A stretch of 64,000 bases of DNA from Paraphysomonas bandaiensis (Eukaryota; Protista; Chrysophyceae), in NCBI GenBank assembly GCA_965644295.1, contig CBFFRP010000431.1, positions 62,001 to 126,000 of the forward strand. The letters run 5' to 3'. A program made the position numbers and the translations under genes. Shown here piece after piece: positions 1-14,179 of this stretch. The notes under the pieces were generated by a model. It ran no database searches. It was given only the letters and a program-made list of their open reading frames with translations, and was not told the DNA's origin. Every line of letters begins with the position of its first letter. The first letter of the stretch is position 1.

Positions 1-527
1 TTAGAGTCAGAACTAATGTCGGAAACAATATCACTAACTTGTGCTATACTCTGATATCCTACTATTTAGCGGTTTGCCCGTCACCGTAAACCACTTTTAA
101 TCTATCACTCAAACCAAATGCAGCCAGTATCAAGCAGTTCTTAATGCGTAGTTGTATGTGAGTACAAATTATGACTAGGTTTGACACTAAAACTGATTAG
201 GTTGAAGTAATTTCTTCCGTAGTGAAATACAATGGATCAATGGATAGCCTGCTTCGTAAGATGTCAGTAAGAATACCAATTCGTTCGATATCGTGCAAAG
301 AATTGATGGCGTTCATTTCGCAATCCTGTGTTACAAGTATCTAAAATCCAGTGTACTGCTTTATTCTCGGTAAGTCTTCGGCTTCAAGCTTTGCTGTAGC
401 ACTGAAAAACATTCCTTAACGCATGCTATAACGAGATAACTGATAATTCATTATTAGTTGACATAGTGGAACAATGGTTCTAAAAAATGTCTCTAAAGGA
501 AATATCTCGCTAGGTACAACGCATGTT

Positions 528-1726
528 TTAACGACCACCAATAAAGTCATAAGCAGCCATACGCCCGGCTGCAAAACCGCCCGCACTATTGGTAGACTGT
601 TGAGTGGGATCTCTTTCCTGTATTGCAGCCTGACCATGCTCCCGCTCATGCTGTCCCTCCGATTGTGCTACCTGCAGTTCAGACCGAAGCCAGTGTTCAG
701 CCACCCTCAGTAGAGGTCCTGCCTCCCCTGTTTTCACATACGAAGCGTGCTCAGGTCTATAAACAGTAATATTTGCAACACAACACCTTTGGCTTTAAGT
801 TCCTGCAACAACTCAAGATCCTCCACAGGACCTTGCCACCCTGTGAATCCTTTATTTGTCAGGTAATGCACGTGCGTAGGCCAGTCATCCAGCCCGTCGA
901 AAATGTGGGTCGCATACCTATCAAATTTAACGGAGGAAAGATTAAAAAAGAAACATCGAGCAGTTAATCAACATACAGTATGGTGGCTCCCCTAGTCTCA
1001 GACTCCTTCCTCAGCCATCGCAAAAGGTCTTGACGCACGACTACATCCAAGGAAACAGTCACTTCGTCCAGAAGAAGTATCTTGAAAGGACGCAAAAGCC
1101 CAATAAATATCTGAACGCGTCGTCGTTGTCCGTCAGATACCTGAATGTATATTAAACGAAGGTGCGTAAGATTGATTCCCGTTTCCATACCATGTGCATG
1201 CGCCAGTTCAAGTCTATGCCTAACATTTTAACCAGCTCATCCCGACGCTCAGGGAAGTCATTCTGCAGCTTCGTCATCATACCATGAACCGGTATGTCCG
1301 CCTGTAGAGGGCATCCGTACCCAGCGAATGCAACAGTACGCATTCCCCAGTCGGTGTCTAGGTACGCCCGATCGAAGTTCAAAGTAGTATCATGAAAGGA
1401 CTCTCGACCAAGGATCATCACAGCACCATCAGGTTTCGTCAAATGACGACCGGCTAATATTCTGAGGATGGTGCTTTTACTGTATAAGGATACATACATA
1501 AGTATAATACAGCGAACAGCGAACAGTATCCATATCGCTTACCCTGCACCATTAGCCCCGATGAGCAGACAGCGTGCACCATTGGTAAGTTGCATGTTTA
1601 AGTTCCGCAGCACGGGCTGTAATAACAGTGAGACGCACAGGAACATGCCCTCCTATAGTAACACACCTGTTGTCCAGGATAAGCGAATGTAAGATCATTA
1701 ACATTAATATGAAGGGGTTGACTCAT
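528..1726 (-). CDS. Soluble ABC ATPase, CAF16/ABCI20-21-like (multi-exon)
   Basis: Spliced reading [26 protein letters not shown]...[19 protein letters not shown] (Walker A), [10 protein letters not shown] (variant signature), [12 protein letters not shown] (Walker B), ATH switch. No TM domain. Short GT-AG introns. Confidence 0.9.
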
Positions 1727-2132
1727 GTTCAATAATATCAATATATGTATTGGGATCTTATGGATGTGATATATGAGTGATCTGGAGTGTGTGATGTAGC
1801 TTGTTGTCTTTCTAAGGGCTCCAAATGACGTGATGAGAAATCCCTTCTACAGACCGCATACTCCTCTGCACTTGCGTATGAATCATATGGCAGGGTCTTC
1901 GTAGTTTGCGAGATTTCATTTCACAAAATTTGGGAATTTAAAGATATATTTTCAGAAATATACTATCTGGATTAGAAGAAACCCCACAATGCACTCTAAA
2001 AAGGTCATTTTTTATTGTACACCACAAATATACAGCAATATATGTGCGGCTCCTGATATCGCTCCTATGTATGTGTCTTAGCAGTACAGTGTATCTGATC
2101 TCTCATTCACTATGAACATATAGAAGAAATTA

Positions 2133-2900
2133 ATGAGGCATATCACAATCTTTTTATCTTTATTGAGCTTACAGTTTCATATTTATACTATTAGCTCAAG
2201 TGCTCCTCATTTGTGTGTTCATAACAGACACTGTCTGAGGCCCAGTGGCTCTATACATTACCGTACAATGAAACATAGAGGAGGAGCAATACAAACAACA
2301 ACTCAAACAGATTCATCACCATTAGCAGTTAGTGATAAACTCCGTATCAGTCATACACCCACATCGTTTGCACTGACTGCATGGGGTACACTGGGAGTGG
2401 TCATCATGCTGGCGAATGCTATTAAGAGACTCTTCCCAGTTGCTATTCTTCCATTAATACGGAAAGATTTAGAGTCCACACATGTTGCAGCATACATTCT
2501 ATGGACATTATATATGATATATGCTGAGGGCTATAAAGCATTTCACTTAAAGTTCTCGCCTCTTGTCGTTCGTCGAGCTCTCACTATATCAGATAATCCT
2601 TCTTTTCTTAAGTGTGTTCTGGCAGGCCCTTACAGCATGGGTCTCTTCGGTGCCACCAAGCAAAGAATGATTGTAAGCTGGTTGATAATGGTTGGAGTGT
2701 TTGGATTAGTAAAAGTTGTTAAACTCGTTCCGTATCCATGGAGGTCTATCATTGATTCAGGAGTTGTCGCTGGCCTATCTGTTGGTACGTTATCCATATT
2801 GTGGCATTTTATTCGGACCTTTTTTGGTTATATTCCGGACATTGACCCATGTCTTCCGAATGGTAATAGAGAAGTAGAAACGAAAAATAAAGAGGAATAG
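2133..2900 (+). CDS. Uncharacterised membrane protein with N-terminal signal peptide, about 4 TM helices
   Basis: Intronless 255-aa ORF with hydrophobic N-terminus and TM-like segments; conserved-looking blocks YAEGYKAFHLKFSP and PYPWRSIIDSGVVAGL. Confidence 0.75.
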   Translation: MRHITIFLSLLSLQFHIYTISSSAPHLCVHNRHCLRPSGSIHYRTMKHRGGAIQTTTQTDSSPLAVSDKLRISHTPTSFALTAWGTLGVVIMLANAIKRLFPVAILPLIRKDLESTHVAAYILWTLYMIYAEGYKAFHLKFSPLVVRRALTISDNPSFLKCVLAGPYSMGLFGATKQRMIVSWLIMVGVFGLVKVVKLVPYPWRSIIDSGVVAGLSVGTLSILWHFIRTFFGYIPDIDPCLPNGNREVETKNKEE

Positions 2901-3495
2901 GTTGTAGCTACTTTGTATCTCTAAACGTGTAGATCTCGAAACTTTTTGCAATCACTACGTACTAATAATGATAACGATTAACTGAAAAGGAATTTTGCCC
3001 TATCATATCTCCTTGTGTGCTGAAATTCGCATAGTATCGTAGTAATGCTATAAACTCGTATACTTGTAGTACGGTTTACGGGACAGGAAGATACTTAATA
3101 CTACTGTAGGTTTTGGTCAAGATTGTGCAATACATAAGCAGTACAATTTTTGTACATTACTAAATAGTATGTATGTGTTGAAGCTGTATCAGTGCGGCTA
3201 TATACTTTTGATCTATTCGTACACCGTTTGATATTAAATCCTTTTTTAATACTTACTTTTTCCATTACTTACGATTTACGATTGATATTTAATACTGCTC
3301 ACATTTAACGCTTCTGCAACTATTAAACTCGTAATGCCATTGATCCGACAAGAATAACAGATGCAATACAAATGCCAATATATAATATATATTCAGTGGT
3401 CACAAAACACATCTAATCTAATTTTGCTGCAACGAAGGGAGCACCTGTTCGTACATTTGTCCTGTTCGAGCGACGCCAACGCAATTACCTGTTCG

Positions 3496-6400
3496 TTACA
3501 GCATGGATGCTCGAAATCGAAAGACAACGTACGCCAATAATACATATGACACCGTGACCAAACACAGCATGCCAATGGTAAACTGTTTGTTACCGTTATT
3601 ATCTTCATTATACGTCATCTCGTAGGCTTCAATGACCTCTTCGCCATGTGTATAAGGACATACAGCACTATCACAATCAAAAGATTCGCCATTGAAGACG
3701 TAATTTGCCAGCAACACACTCCCCCATTTCATCGGAGAGAAATACGACACATATTGCAGAATGAGGGGTATGTTAAGAGAGATAAACCCCGCAAGAGTAC
3801 AGAATATTGCTAATACAACACTCATCATATCAACTGCAACACCACTTTCTTTGAAAATACTAAATGCCATGACTCCCATTGCCTCACCATTTACAATGTA
3901 ACATATCACAGTGAGGAATATGTGCCAGTATGCCTCGGGTGTGGGTTGCAACTTTATCACATATCCCGTAAGAGCGGATATGATAAATGCCAAAGTGATG
4001 ATGAAAGGCACACTTTGTAGGGCATAGGATATAAAAAATGCGCTAGCGGAGTACCCGCCACTTGTATACTCTCGGTAAAACACATCTCTCTGCTCCGGAA
4101 AAGATGCGATACTCACGAGCATTCCAATAAATCCCAGAGCAGTCAGCTCGTACAGACATCCGATTCGGTTCTGAATGGACTCCTGGGAATGATCCAATGG
4201 AGCATAAAAGAGACAGAGTATTAGTGCCAAACTAAGAGCCTGAAATACACGATCCACACAACTCAAAGGCTGTCGGAACAAGTTCTTATAGGCCCTGCTA
4301 AGAAGCAAAGGTAGTGTGTATACGATAGATTTATCGTGAATCTCAGGGTACTCGTGAGTATCCTGACTTCCTGCATCACTTCCCGAATTCCTTCTAACTG
4401 ACTTTTTATAAGCTTTTACAAGCTTTTTCCTTCTTTTCCTTGTTTTCTTTTCTTTTTTCTCACTAGTGAAGTTTATAGATGATGTGTCTATTATAAAATC
4501 TGCAGGGTTTGAAAACTCTGGACACTTATATCCAAGATTTTCAAAGTGTTTCAAGAGATTCTGTGAGCTCCCCGACCATATGAGCTCTCCCTTGGATAGC
4601 AAAATGATATCATCAAATTGATTGTATATATCATATCGAGGCTGGTGAATGGTCAGCGCCACGGCTTTACCATCTGTGTGTGCGAGCTCACGAAGAACTT
4701 TCACGATTCTCGCTGCAGTGAATGAGTCCAACCCAGTTGTAGGCTGCATATTAGCTTAGAATCAGGGACAAGGAAAATGAAGAGCTGAACTACACACCTC
4801 GTCAAGAAGGCACACCGAAGGATCTAGCAAAAGTTCACAACCTATGGACACACGCTTCATCTCTCCGCCACTAATACCCTTAACTTTTCCTCCTCCTATA
4901 TGCCAGAGCCATTAACTTGTGTTAATACAAGTACATAAAATTAAAAGGAAATTTCTGAATCCACTTACCTACATAAGTATCAAGGCAACTATCCAGCCCC
5001 AACCTATCAACAACAGAAGAAATCCTTTCTTGCTTAGTCTCGAGAGATAGTGAAGAGGACATATGTAGTTGAGCGTGGAACATCAGAGTCTCTCTGACAG
5101 TTAAACTCGGCATGTGCTTGTCAAACTGCTCCACCAAGCCAATGGTGTGTCGTACTTTCTTGTGTGGTAGAATTTCACCATTAAATAAAATTTGCCCCGT
5201 GCCATACATCCTACTTCGAAAAAACGTAGAAAGATAGTGACTGATACTCATTGATTCTTTAAATGGACGACGATTCCGTTGAGATATTACATTAAGCAGC
5301 GACGTCTTCCCACTACCACTGCCCCCCATTATAGCCACCATTCTTTTGTGATGAATTTTGCATGTAACATTCTTCAAAATATGTTTGATGCGGAACTTAT
5401 CCTCACCAGGTTTGGGATTAGAGACGCGCGACACTTTGAACAAGCAAATGTCCAAGACGTCAATATCCACTCTTGGTGTGGAGTGTACAAACTCAATTAC
5501 ATCGGAATTCGATACAGTGGTTAACGCAGGCGTGACGCTATCTTTCATGGCCTGTTTCACCAACTTCTTGTCATTCATTTTATTTGATACTGGTCGTATA
5601 CATATCATCAATCCCACCGCAAGTATATAGTACAAGATTATGATCGGCAACAAGACCGCCCACATAGTGTGATGGTCACGACTTCCTATATCTAGCGTTT
5701 CCAAGTAGTCATTTCCCTGATACACGACATCTACACAAGCTGAATTAGGAGACACATTGACACAAGTTGTAAATTCTCGATCAGAAATCTCATTTGCCAT
5801 TAAAATTTTGTATGCATATGTGAGAAAGCTGATGGTACTGATCCATCCTGCGTATGGGGGTACCGTCTTCGTATTCACGAGAAACCCAGAGGAAAGAGTA
5901 AAGAAAGTGAATTGGGTATTCGCAATGATGGAAGATATTGAAAACGAGCGATGACACGCCGCTGAAAACCACGCAATACCAAGCATGCCAAAACTAATGA
6001 CCGTGTTAGTTGTAAAGAAAATCCAGCCAGCTTCGCTTCCACTCCTCAGATTGCTTCCAAGGTATACAGGAAGGCAGTACAAAATCGAATGCAGCACCAG
6101 TATAGGACACACCGACAACATTTGAGCAGTGAAGAAGGCAGAATGTGAATAAATATGATCCAAACGCTCGCGATCAAAGAACTTCAACTCATCTGCGAGG
6201 TCTTTGACTAGTGTGATCATAAGCAAATAGGGACCCAGTGAGAGTAGCACATACATTAACCCCGCTCGGGACAGTAAGTCTGTGTAGGAATCTTCCAGCT
6301 GCCAAAATATAAAACATATAATAAGGCCAATTACAAGGGCTTGGGCCATCATGCCAATAAAATTCGATTTATTTCGAGTTCTCGCTAATAAAAATCGTTG

Positions 6401-7907
6401 AAGTAGAAGAACCACTTGTTGCGGCCAAAGAAGTTTAAACGAAGTCTTCTCAAATACACTATCTCGGCGACCAGATATCTTACTTATATGCATCACACTC
6501 TGTCCATACCTAAGAGGTGCGGGTGTCGTGCGAGTAGTCCCTGTGGGGCTGGATGCTCCCAAGACAACATCACTGTAACTCTGGATCAGTTTATTCACTC
6601 TCTCCTTGTCCACAACCCCTCCGTTTTCTGAACTCCCAACAGATATGATATCAATAAAGTAGTCCGCCGGATTGCAATGACGTGGGCATTCCAATCCAAG
6701 TGATGAAAAATATCCAATCATTTCACTAGACTTCCCACAGTATATTGGATGGCCCCGTGAGATAAGCATGACAGAATCAAACAATTTAAAAACATCAGCT
6801 CGAGGTTGGTGAAGTGTGCACAAGGCCGCTTTAAGACCTTTAGACGTTGTGACCTGTCGTAGAGTCTCCACTACATGTTCAGCAGTGAACGCATCTAGCC
6901 CAGATGTAATCTCATCAGCACATAGAATGTCCGGGTCGGAAACGAGTTGAACTGCCATTGACAGTCGCCGGAGTTCCCCTCCAGATGGACCTGCTTCTCC
7001 TGCTACTATTCGAACATCAGCACATTCTTTCAGTCCAAGACTAAGAATGAGATCGTTGGTGATAGACTCGCACTCTGCTACGCCCCTAGCGCATGCCAAA
7101 TGGACGTGCTTGGAAGAGTGTCTGCTCCTCATTCGAGACACAAAGTATATAGTTTCTCGTACAGTGAGATGTGGGAAAAACGAATCGTCTTGCGTAATGT
7201 AGGCAATGGTGCAGTGGCTCATACCTTCAAATGAAAGTTTACCACTGAATTGTACGTGTTTGCGGTCGTAGCGCCCTGCAATTGCATTTAACAGTGTCGT
7301 TTTACCTAAGAACACTGGTTAGCAGAGATACTATATGACGTGAACATAGCGCATCTACTTGTTCTAATTAAAATGAAAATCACGTACTGCAATGTACACA
7401 CGTACCACTGCCACTTCCACCCATTATTGCAAACATAGAGCCACTCTTAATGGTTGCAGTGACGGGGTGAATTAACACTTTCTCAGAATTTTTCATTCGA
7501 ATACTAAAGGCTTTAAATACAATAGCATTTTTATCCTCATCTTCAAAGTCAACAATCGAATCAAACGATTCCTTCTTCGCAATGGAACCTCCACTAGTGG
7601 ATGGAGGCTCAGCATTGCGAATAGAATGAGAATCAGATGGATTCGATACTCCAAATGAACCAAACGAACCCAATCTCGTCATCTTTACATTACTATTAAC
7701 TTGTGGTACCCCTTTACTTGCTGTTGGTGATGTACGATTACGCGGACTAGAACTATCAGAAGCTGTATCAGGAAATGAATGGGTCGACTCTTGCTGACTG
7801 AGATTAACCATTGCATGATATCTGGAAACCGAACTTTTAGATCCAAATCGTCCCACTCCTTGACTTACACCACTTTTAGTGGTATCTGATGAATGCTTTG
7901 GCTTCAT
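3496..7907 (-). CDS. Full-size ABCG transporter (NBD-TMD-NBD-TMD), multi-exon
   Basis: Two Walker A motifs ([18 protein letters not shown]), signatures SGGELRR and SGGEMKR, Walker B DEITSGLD and DE/PTTGLD, TLHQPR/TIHQPR switches, two ABC2-type membrane domains. ORF pieces join across short introns. Confidence 0.93.
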
Positions 7908-8699
7908 CTTATGATATAGTATGGTTCAACTGTACGATAACTATAGTACGGTATGTTCCCTAACAATAATCCCTAATTGAGAAGTTCACCATATGCTGAG
8001 AGTCAATCCACACCACAGTATTCCACAACTTCTTTTTTTTAACAAGAATTTGGTTAAAATCATAAAAATTAATTTTTTTGGTCATTCTCACCTGCTGGTA
8101 CTTTATGAGGGTCTATATCTATATGTAGATTCCGTTTAATAACTCCAACGGTCCCTTCGGTCCGTTTACTTTTTTTTTTACCACAATCTGCTATAATATC
8201 TGTATACCGGTATACAGGGATATGCATGCATAGCCAGCAGCAGTACAGGCACATTCAAGCGAAGGGAGGGACTGGAGATCTGTACCCATGTAGCAATGAG
8301 ATATTTATAAGAGGATCATAAGATATTGTCTCAGAATCTTTTAGTAAATCCATCTCGCTGTATGGATTGAATATTATCTCTATGGGACTATAGTGCGTTC
8401 CAACAAGATTTCGCCACCTGTTGTTCTCGTTCGCATGCGTGTACGACGTGCGCTTATCGGACAGTGATATAATGCTTCACTTATCCACCAGTCGAGACGC
8501 TATATATTCATAATTTTATTCAGTTGTGGGATTATGTATATAAGGTAAACGTTGAGTTTTTGTAAGTAAGAAAATCTCCAAACTGGGTGAACAATACATC
8601 GACTATTCTGGAAACGTATAAAATGCCTTACTCAATATATAAGATCATGCATTTCTCAAGACCACACAGAGATAAAGCCTTACCACTTAACAGGCTTGT

Positions 8700-8830
8700 G
8701 TAACAATTATATAGCAATTAAGTGGTGACAGATGTCCAACGATAATAATAGCAATTATTAAGCAAGCATCCAATTATTGGCATTGCAATTAATTGACAAT
8801 TACTTGCAACTAAATGCCTTCAATTCTATT
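8700..8830. mobile_element. Degenerate relic resembling the subterminal repeats of the hAT element at 55999-57237
   Basis: Cluster of GCAATTATTA / GCAATTAATTGACAATTA motifs like those in that element's ends; no TIR seen. Confidence 0.4.
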
Positions 8831-9816
8831 GCTAGATTTTAGAATAACTTTCTGAACTATAATCTACCCCCAAAGATGCCGATGTTCACACAGAAACATC
8901 AACATTTCATAATTCAGCCAGCCAATTAATGACGTTCTCTGAGCACAGCGTAAGAAAGAGTCGTCGGAAGATAGAGATTGAGAGCTCTGAGAAGTTGCCT
9001 GCATGCATTCATTCATAATGGGCACTCCAGCAGTTGTGAAGAGGAGGCATCATTCAGTGCTAGAAACAGCTTCCTCGAAACATGAGACCCCCTCCCGTCG
9101 AAACCGGAGCAAAGATAGAAAGCTGAGCAGGAAGAACTCCTCCACAGAAAGTCTTCTACTGGAACACGTTCAGATGGCTTAGGAATGCGACAACTTCAAA
9201 GCTAAATCCCACCGCCTCGAGCTTGAGAACCGGGAGGAGAAGAACAAAGAATTCTGCAAAATGTTATTGAAATATAGAGAAGAGAAGAGTGTACACGTGT
9301 ACACTGCAAGTTGTTGCTCTTCTGTTAAATAATTATGTGCTTCTAAGTTTATACAAAGCTAGAACTAGTTTGTAGCTAATTCACATACATAACAATCAAA
9401 CGGTTAGTCAAGCCCATTATTATACTGAAAATATTATTAATTAGTAATAACAGTCAACAATATATCAATACAAATGCAGAAAACAATTATTAGCGCTCTA
9501 GTAACTCACTAGTTTTAACAAGGAATACACGTCAAAAGCGTGGGAATGTTTTTTCTCACGTTAGCATATTCTTACTTAATATACCACATAGTTATTTCTA
9601 TAGAATAGCTGTCAGTCATGTCATAATTAGAGTTTATAAAGTTAAAGCCATTAGGGATATACATTCAATTAACTATTTATTTTTAATGATAGTATACTTC
9701 AAGAAATTGAAAATTACTTTTATCACAGTAACTTCACCCAGAAAAGAAGCAGAAAAAACAAAGAAACGTATTGTGTACATTTGGTACGAATATTTACCAG
9801 TCAATCTTGTGTATAA

Positions 9817-11427
9817 TTACCCAATATTTTCATACACCCGACTTGGAAATATTTTTGGTCTGTATGCAGCAGCCGATCCTTTTACGCCAAAGTTGAACCT
9901 TTCGTCGATTGGAGGCGTGGCAATAGGCTTGTGCACTTGCATACCTTTGTCCAAGTTCAACAACTTGGAATAGCGCAGTGTCCTGGAAGGACAAACATCA
10001 AATGTGAAGAGTACAAACAAGCAGGTATACCACTTACCATATGAATGGACTGAGAAATTGTAATGTATTATGAACTGAATTCTGTATTTGTTGTTTGGGA
10101 GGAAGAAACCACCTCGTGGCTACCCCAATCGATACTGGATCCAGGTTCTCGATCATGTGCCACTGCCACTATCTCGACAATATTAGAAGCTTAAAATAAT
10201 TAAAATATATTTACCGGTGGATTGATGAGGATATCCCCAGGCTCCAGAACAACAGTCATTTTAGGTGCATACTAAACGCATATTAATGATAATAATTAGA
10301 CACATTACAAAGAAACCTTGTATAGAGGAAAGTGTGACTGCATAGCTTCTTCAGAGTCTAGCGCCACCGTAGTCAGAAAAGATGCCACGTCAATAGACTT
10401 AGCATTAAACATTGGGTACTGAAACATGACACGCGGTGTTACTAGTGGTTGCTAAATCAAAATATACACACGAACCATCAGTGCAGTGTATTGAGGCGAC
10501 ACGAAAGTCCACTTCTTTCGACCATTAATCTATGAATATGAGCTTCAACTCACTAGGTTACATAGTCTATTACAGCTTACCATAAAAAAAATGTTGTTAA
10601 AGTTCGCACTATGATATGAAGTTCCTGATGTGTCTGCCATTCCCATAAATATTTGAGAAGTGATGAGTTTTGACTGAACATACTCCTTTAGTCTCTGTGC
10701 ACCCAGTTGCTCGACCAGCTCCTGTGCAACCAATATACGTTACTAGGTTTTGAGCAATAGCAATGCTTACCGGATGATGATCAAATATTTCGCTAAGAGC
10801 TCGTATATACCAGGTATCATTTCCTCGCTCAGGATCTTGGTCGGTGCGGTGCGCGTCGACGTATCGAGACATGTTCATTCGAATTGTTGACATATTATCA
10901 ATATTCACAACATCAACTCCTTGGTCCCCATAATGAGTAGCAAAAAAATCTGGAGACCACATACCCTTTGCAGTAGATGGAACATTCTTCAGAACAAATG
11001 GAATTCCAGGAATAATGAACTTGTTATGAACATCTTCTGGGCTAATTTCACCCCATTGCATGGTAGGTACTTGTATTTCACTGAATGTACTTGTATTCCA
11101 TCCATTATCAGCATATTCAATTCGTAAACGATGTTCAATATCAGCAAGAGTTTTGTCGGCAATAGAGGAGAGTAGAAATTGATCCTTAAATATGTATCGT
11201 GCTACATATATAAGCTTCATAGTCAGTATATTCCCTTCGCCCATATCCAGTTCAGGAATATAAGCATTCAATTTTGTAAATCCTTTGAAAAAAAGCGAAA
11301 AAAAGAAGTAATTGTTGGCAAACATACTTATTTGCATCGCAGTGGCAATGGTTGCTGCCTTTAGTTCAGATTTGAATACCACTGCCAGCAAAGCACAAAC
11401 ACAAGTAAGAAGAATAGTGGATTTCAT
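9817..11427 (-). CDS. JmjC / cupin-8 domain protein with N-terminal signal or TM segment (multi-exon)
   Basis: PFVLKNVP...WSPDFF, IFMG...GTSYHSANFNNIFFM/INGRKKWTF, VLEPGDILINPP/WQWHMIENL match the JmjC double-stranded beta-helix pattern. Confidence 0.85.
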
Positions 11428-11880
11428 ACCCACAGATATCCTGATCTATTCGGATACTGCTAGTTATAAGGTTCACAACTCTTGGGGTCCCAATCTGAGT
11501 AATCATCGTTTGCTTCCAAGGTACATATTCTCTGTATAGTTATATACACGCGGCAACGTGAGTGGTGTGAACAACGTGTTGATGAAGTTATCCAATCAAA
11601 TCACAAGATTCAAAAACAGGACAAATACAAAATACAGTCTCGTAGGGGTTAAGAACTACAGGAAGAGTATCATATACAAGACACTACCAGCAGCAGATAT
11701 ATATATACAACGTACAAATATCATGCAATAATTTTCTCAGGAACACAACTTCCTGACATGGTTATTCCATATCACACTCCACAATCATAGCCATGATTAT
11801 AACATTGTCTCTCAACAAGGTGTATGGATTGGAAGTGGTACTGTAGCTTTTGGAGGTGAATCGAGTGTCCGTATATCCCA

Positions 11881-13408
11881 ATGGCCTCTCCTACTGTGTC
11901 TGCTGATGGGAGTGAAGGCTCCTGTATGTATATTAAGCCCGCGCTGTGTCGGCGAAACACTTCCAAAGATCTAGATCCAAAAAACAATCAACGACTACTC
12001 TCTTTTATTCCTAGGTTAAAAGGGAATCGAGTAACTGATCGACCTCGTAGTGCTGAAACTAGCTCAACGCGGCGGGGTAGCCACACGAAGAATATATCAG
12101 ACAACAGTGAGCAGAGTAGTCTCGTTGCTGAAGATTCTGAGTCGTTTGAGTGTTCATTTGGCTATCGCGATATTTTGAATCAAGGACCCGGGGATAGGAA
12201 TTCTCAATGCAAAGTTGTGATGTCTCCTACGACGATATCACGTTGTATCAGTGTTCTGATCAGAAGACTGATGCTGTCTCAACAGCCAATAAAGTATCCT
12301 AAGAAAGATCAGTTCGATTTTGAAACCAGTCATCGGAAGAATGTATTTGCTTCTTCTTCACTTCCACTGACCTCTGCTGACTATGCGGTTTTCCGAAAGT
12401 CTCTCCCTGAAAGCTCGGAAGCAGAGAATCAACACCAGACATTCCCTTCAACCCCTACAAGTCTAGTGAATTTGTTTAATCCTAATAATTCCCTCAACGT
12501 GAGACCTTGTTTTATTTTGTTTTTGACTTCTAACTCATGTGTAGATACCTGACCAAAACACGTTGACCCGGTTTTTCACAAAGATTTGCATTGACTCTCA
12601 GATGGAGTACGAATGTGCAGTGATTTCACTCATTTTCTTGACTCGCCTCGTGGAGCTGGGGAATGGAGCTTTCCGCTTGGACGAGGATACGTACAGGGGG
12701 GCAGTATTGGCTTGTATGCTTGTCGCTAACAAGCTCTGGGATGACTTTGCGATGCTGAATGCGGATTACTGTTGTATTTTCCGGGGGCTAACTCTGCGTC
12801 GTGTCAACGAACTCGAACTACAACTTCTTCGCGTATTAGGTGGAGATCTCTGGGTGTCACCGAGCGAGTTTGCGAGATGTCATTTTGCTATCCAGGAATT
12901 AGTAACGCAGGAAGAGATAAAACGGGTTCTGGGCTCCGCTGCTGGCACACAAAACAGGATGGGGTCCGAACGGGGAGCGAGAAACTCCCGTAAAGTCCCC
13001 CCGCGTAGACTTGATCGTGAAGACCTCGCTGTTCTTACTGTTCCTACCTGTGAAATAATTGAGACTGGAGTTAGTGTGGCAGAGGAAGAAGGCCCCAGGA
13101 CTGGCAATATCAGCTCCAATGGTCCCGGGAATGGCGGAGCGCAAACATCTTCAGTCTCTGTGGAACGATCACTGTCATGCCTCTCGGAAGTCACGCACAA
13201 CAGTTCCAAAGATGTTAACCCAACCTACTTAAAAGCGACCCACATTCAGGCGGGAAAAAGTCACTGCGATTCTACTGTAGAGTTTGGGTGTTGTTTACCA
13301 CTTCACTTCTGGTCTTACAAGCTCAGAACTCGCTCTGTGATGCCTTTTCCACTGTCAGTTCCTAGATATCGGAAAAAGAGCATCAGTGACGTTGGTGGTA
13401 CGATATAA
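11881..13408 (+). CDS. Cyclin-Y-like (cyclin N-terminal box) protein
   Basis: SQMEYECAVISLIFLTRL...ACMLVANKLWDDFAMLNADY...LRRVNELELQLL; one intron at about 12499-12544 joins the two ORFs. Confidence 0.85.
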
Positions 13409-14179
13409 TTTGATGAACTTTACTCAATGTTTGGTGCTCATTATACAGCAAACATTCGATTTATGGGTATGTGTGCATAGGATATCGTTATAATGTTACA
13501 ACCTACTTCAGTAGAAATCTGATGTGACAGTATCGTGTATTTATTACAATGGAAGTGCGAGAAACTATGACAACCATCTTATTACATTACATAACGAGTT
13601 TTTAAATACATCAATGTCCAGTATATTTTATAAAGTCTTCGATTTATTTTGCCCCTAAAACTCTGAATTTCTATTGCACAAGTGCAGTCGATTTATTGAA
13701 AGACGGTGTTCGAATATTAAGACTTAGCATATTATGGAGAGACAGTTATAGCTAGCTGTTATTGTGGTAGGACGGTGTTGTTACAGAACAAAGGACAACA
13801 ACTAACAACCAACACCATCACTGCAGCTGTGCTTCATTGAGTAAATCATAGAAACGATTAGAAAAAAGTCATGTTAACTAAACAAGCGTATATACGTCTG
13901 TGTCTGCAATGGGTACTATATTGTCAGTTTCGTTATCTCTTTGTGCAGCTTCCTCTCCTGGTATTGACGTTGTCTACTTTTGGTATGTCATTGCTACGTA
14001 TGCAGACCAACACTAGTCATAAATACCAGCTATCTATAGAGAAGTCTAATACATTGATTTATGTTGTTCTTCAACAACTATGGTAGCTACAAGATCTTCA
14101 CTGTACTGGAGAACAAGATATCCAGATACTGGCTGTGTAAGATACTGTACATGAAAAGTGTGGGTTTCCTAGAAATATA

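Noticed and set aside
8900-9310. Possible decayed coding or transposon sequence with coiled-coil-like translation
   Set aside because: Interrupted by stops and has no diagnostic motif, so it cannot be classified by eye.
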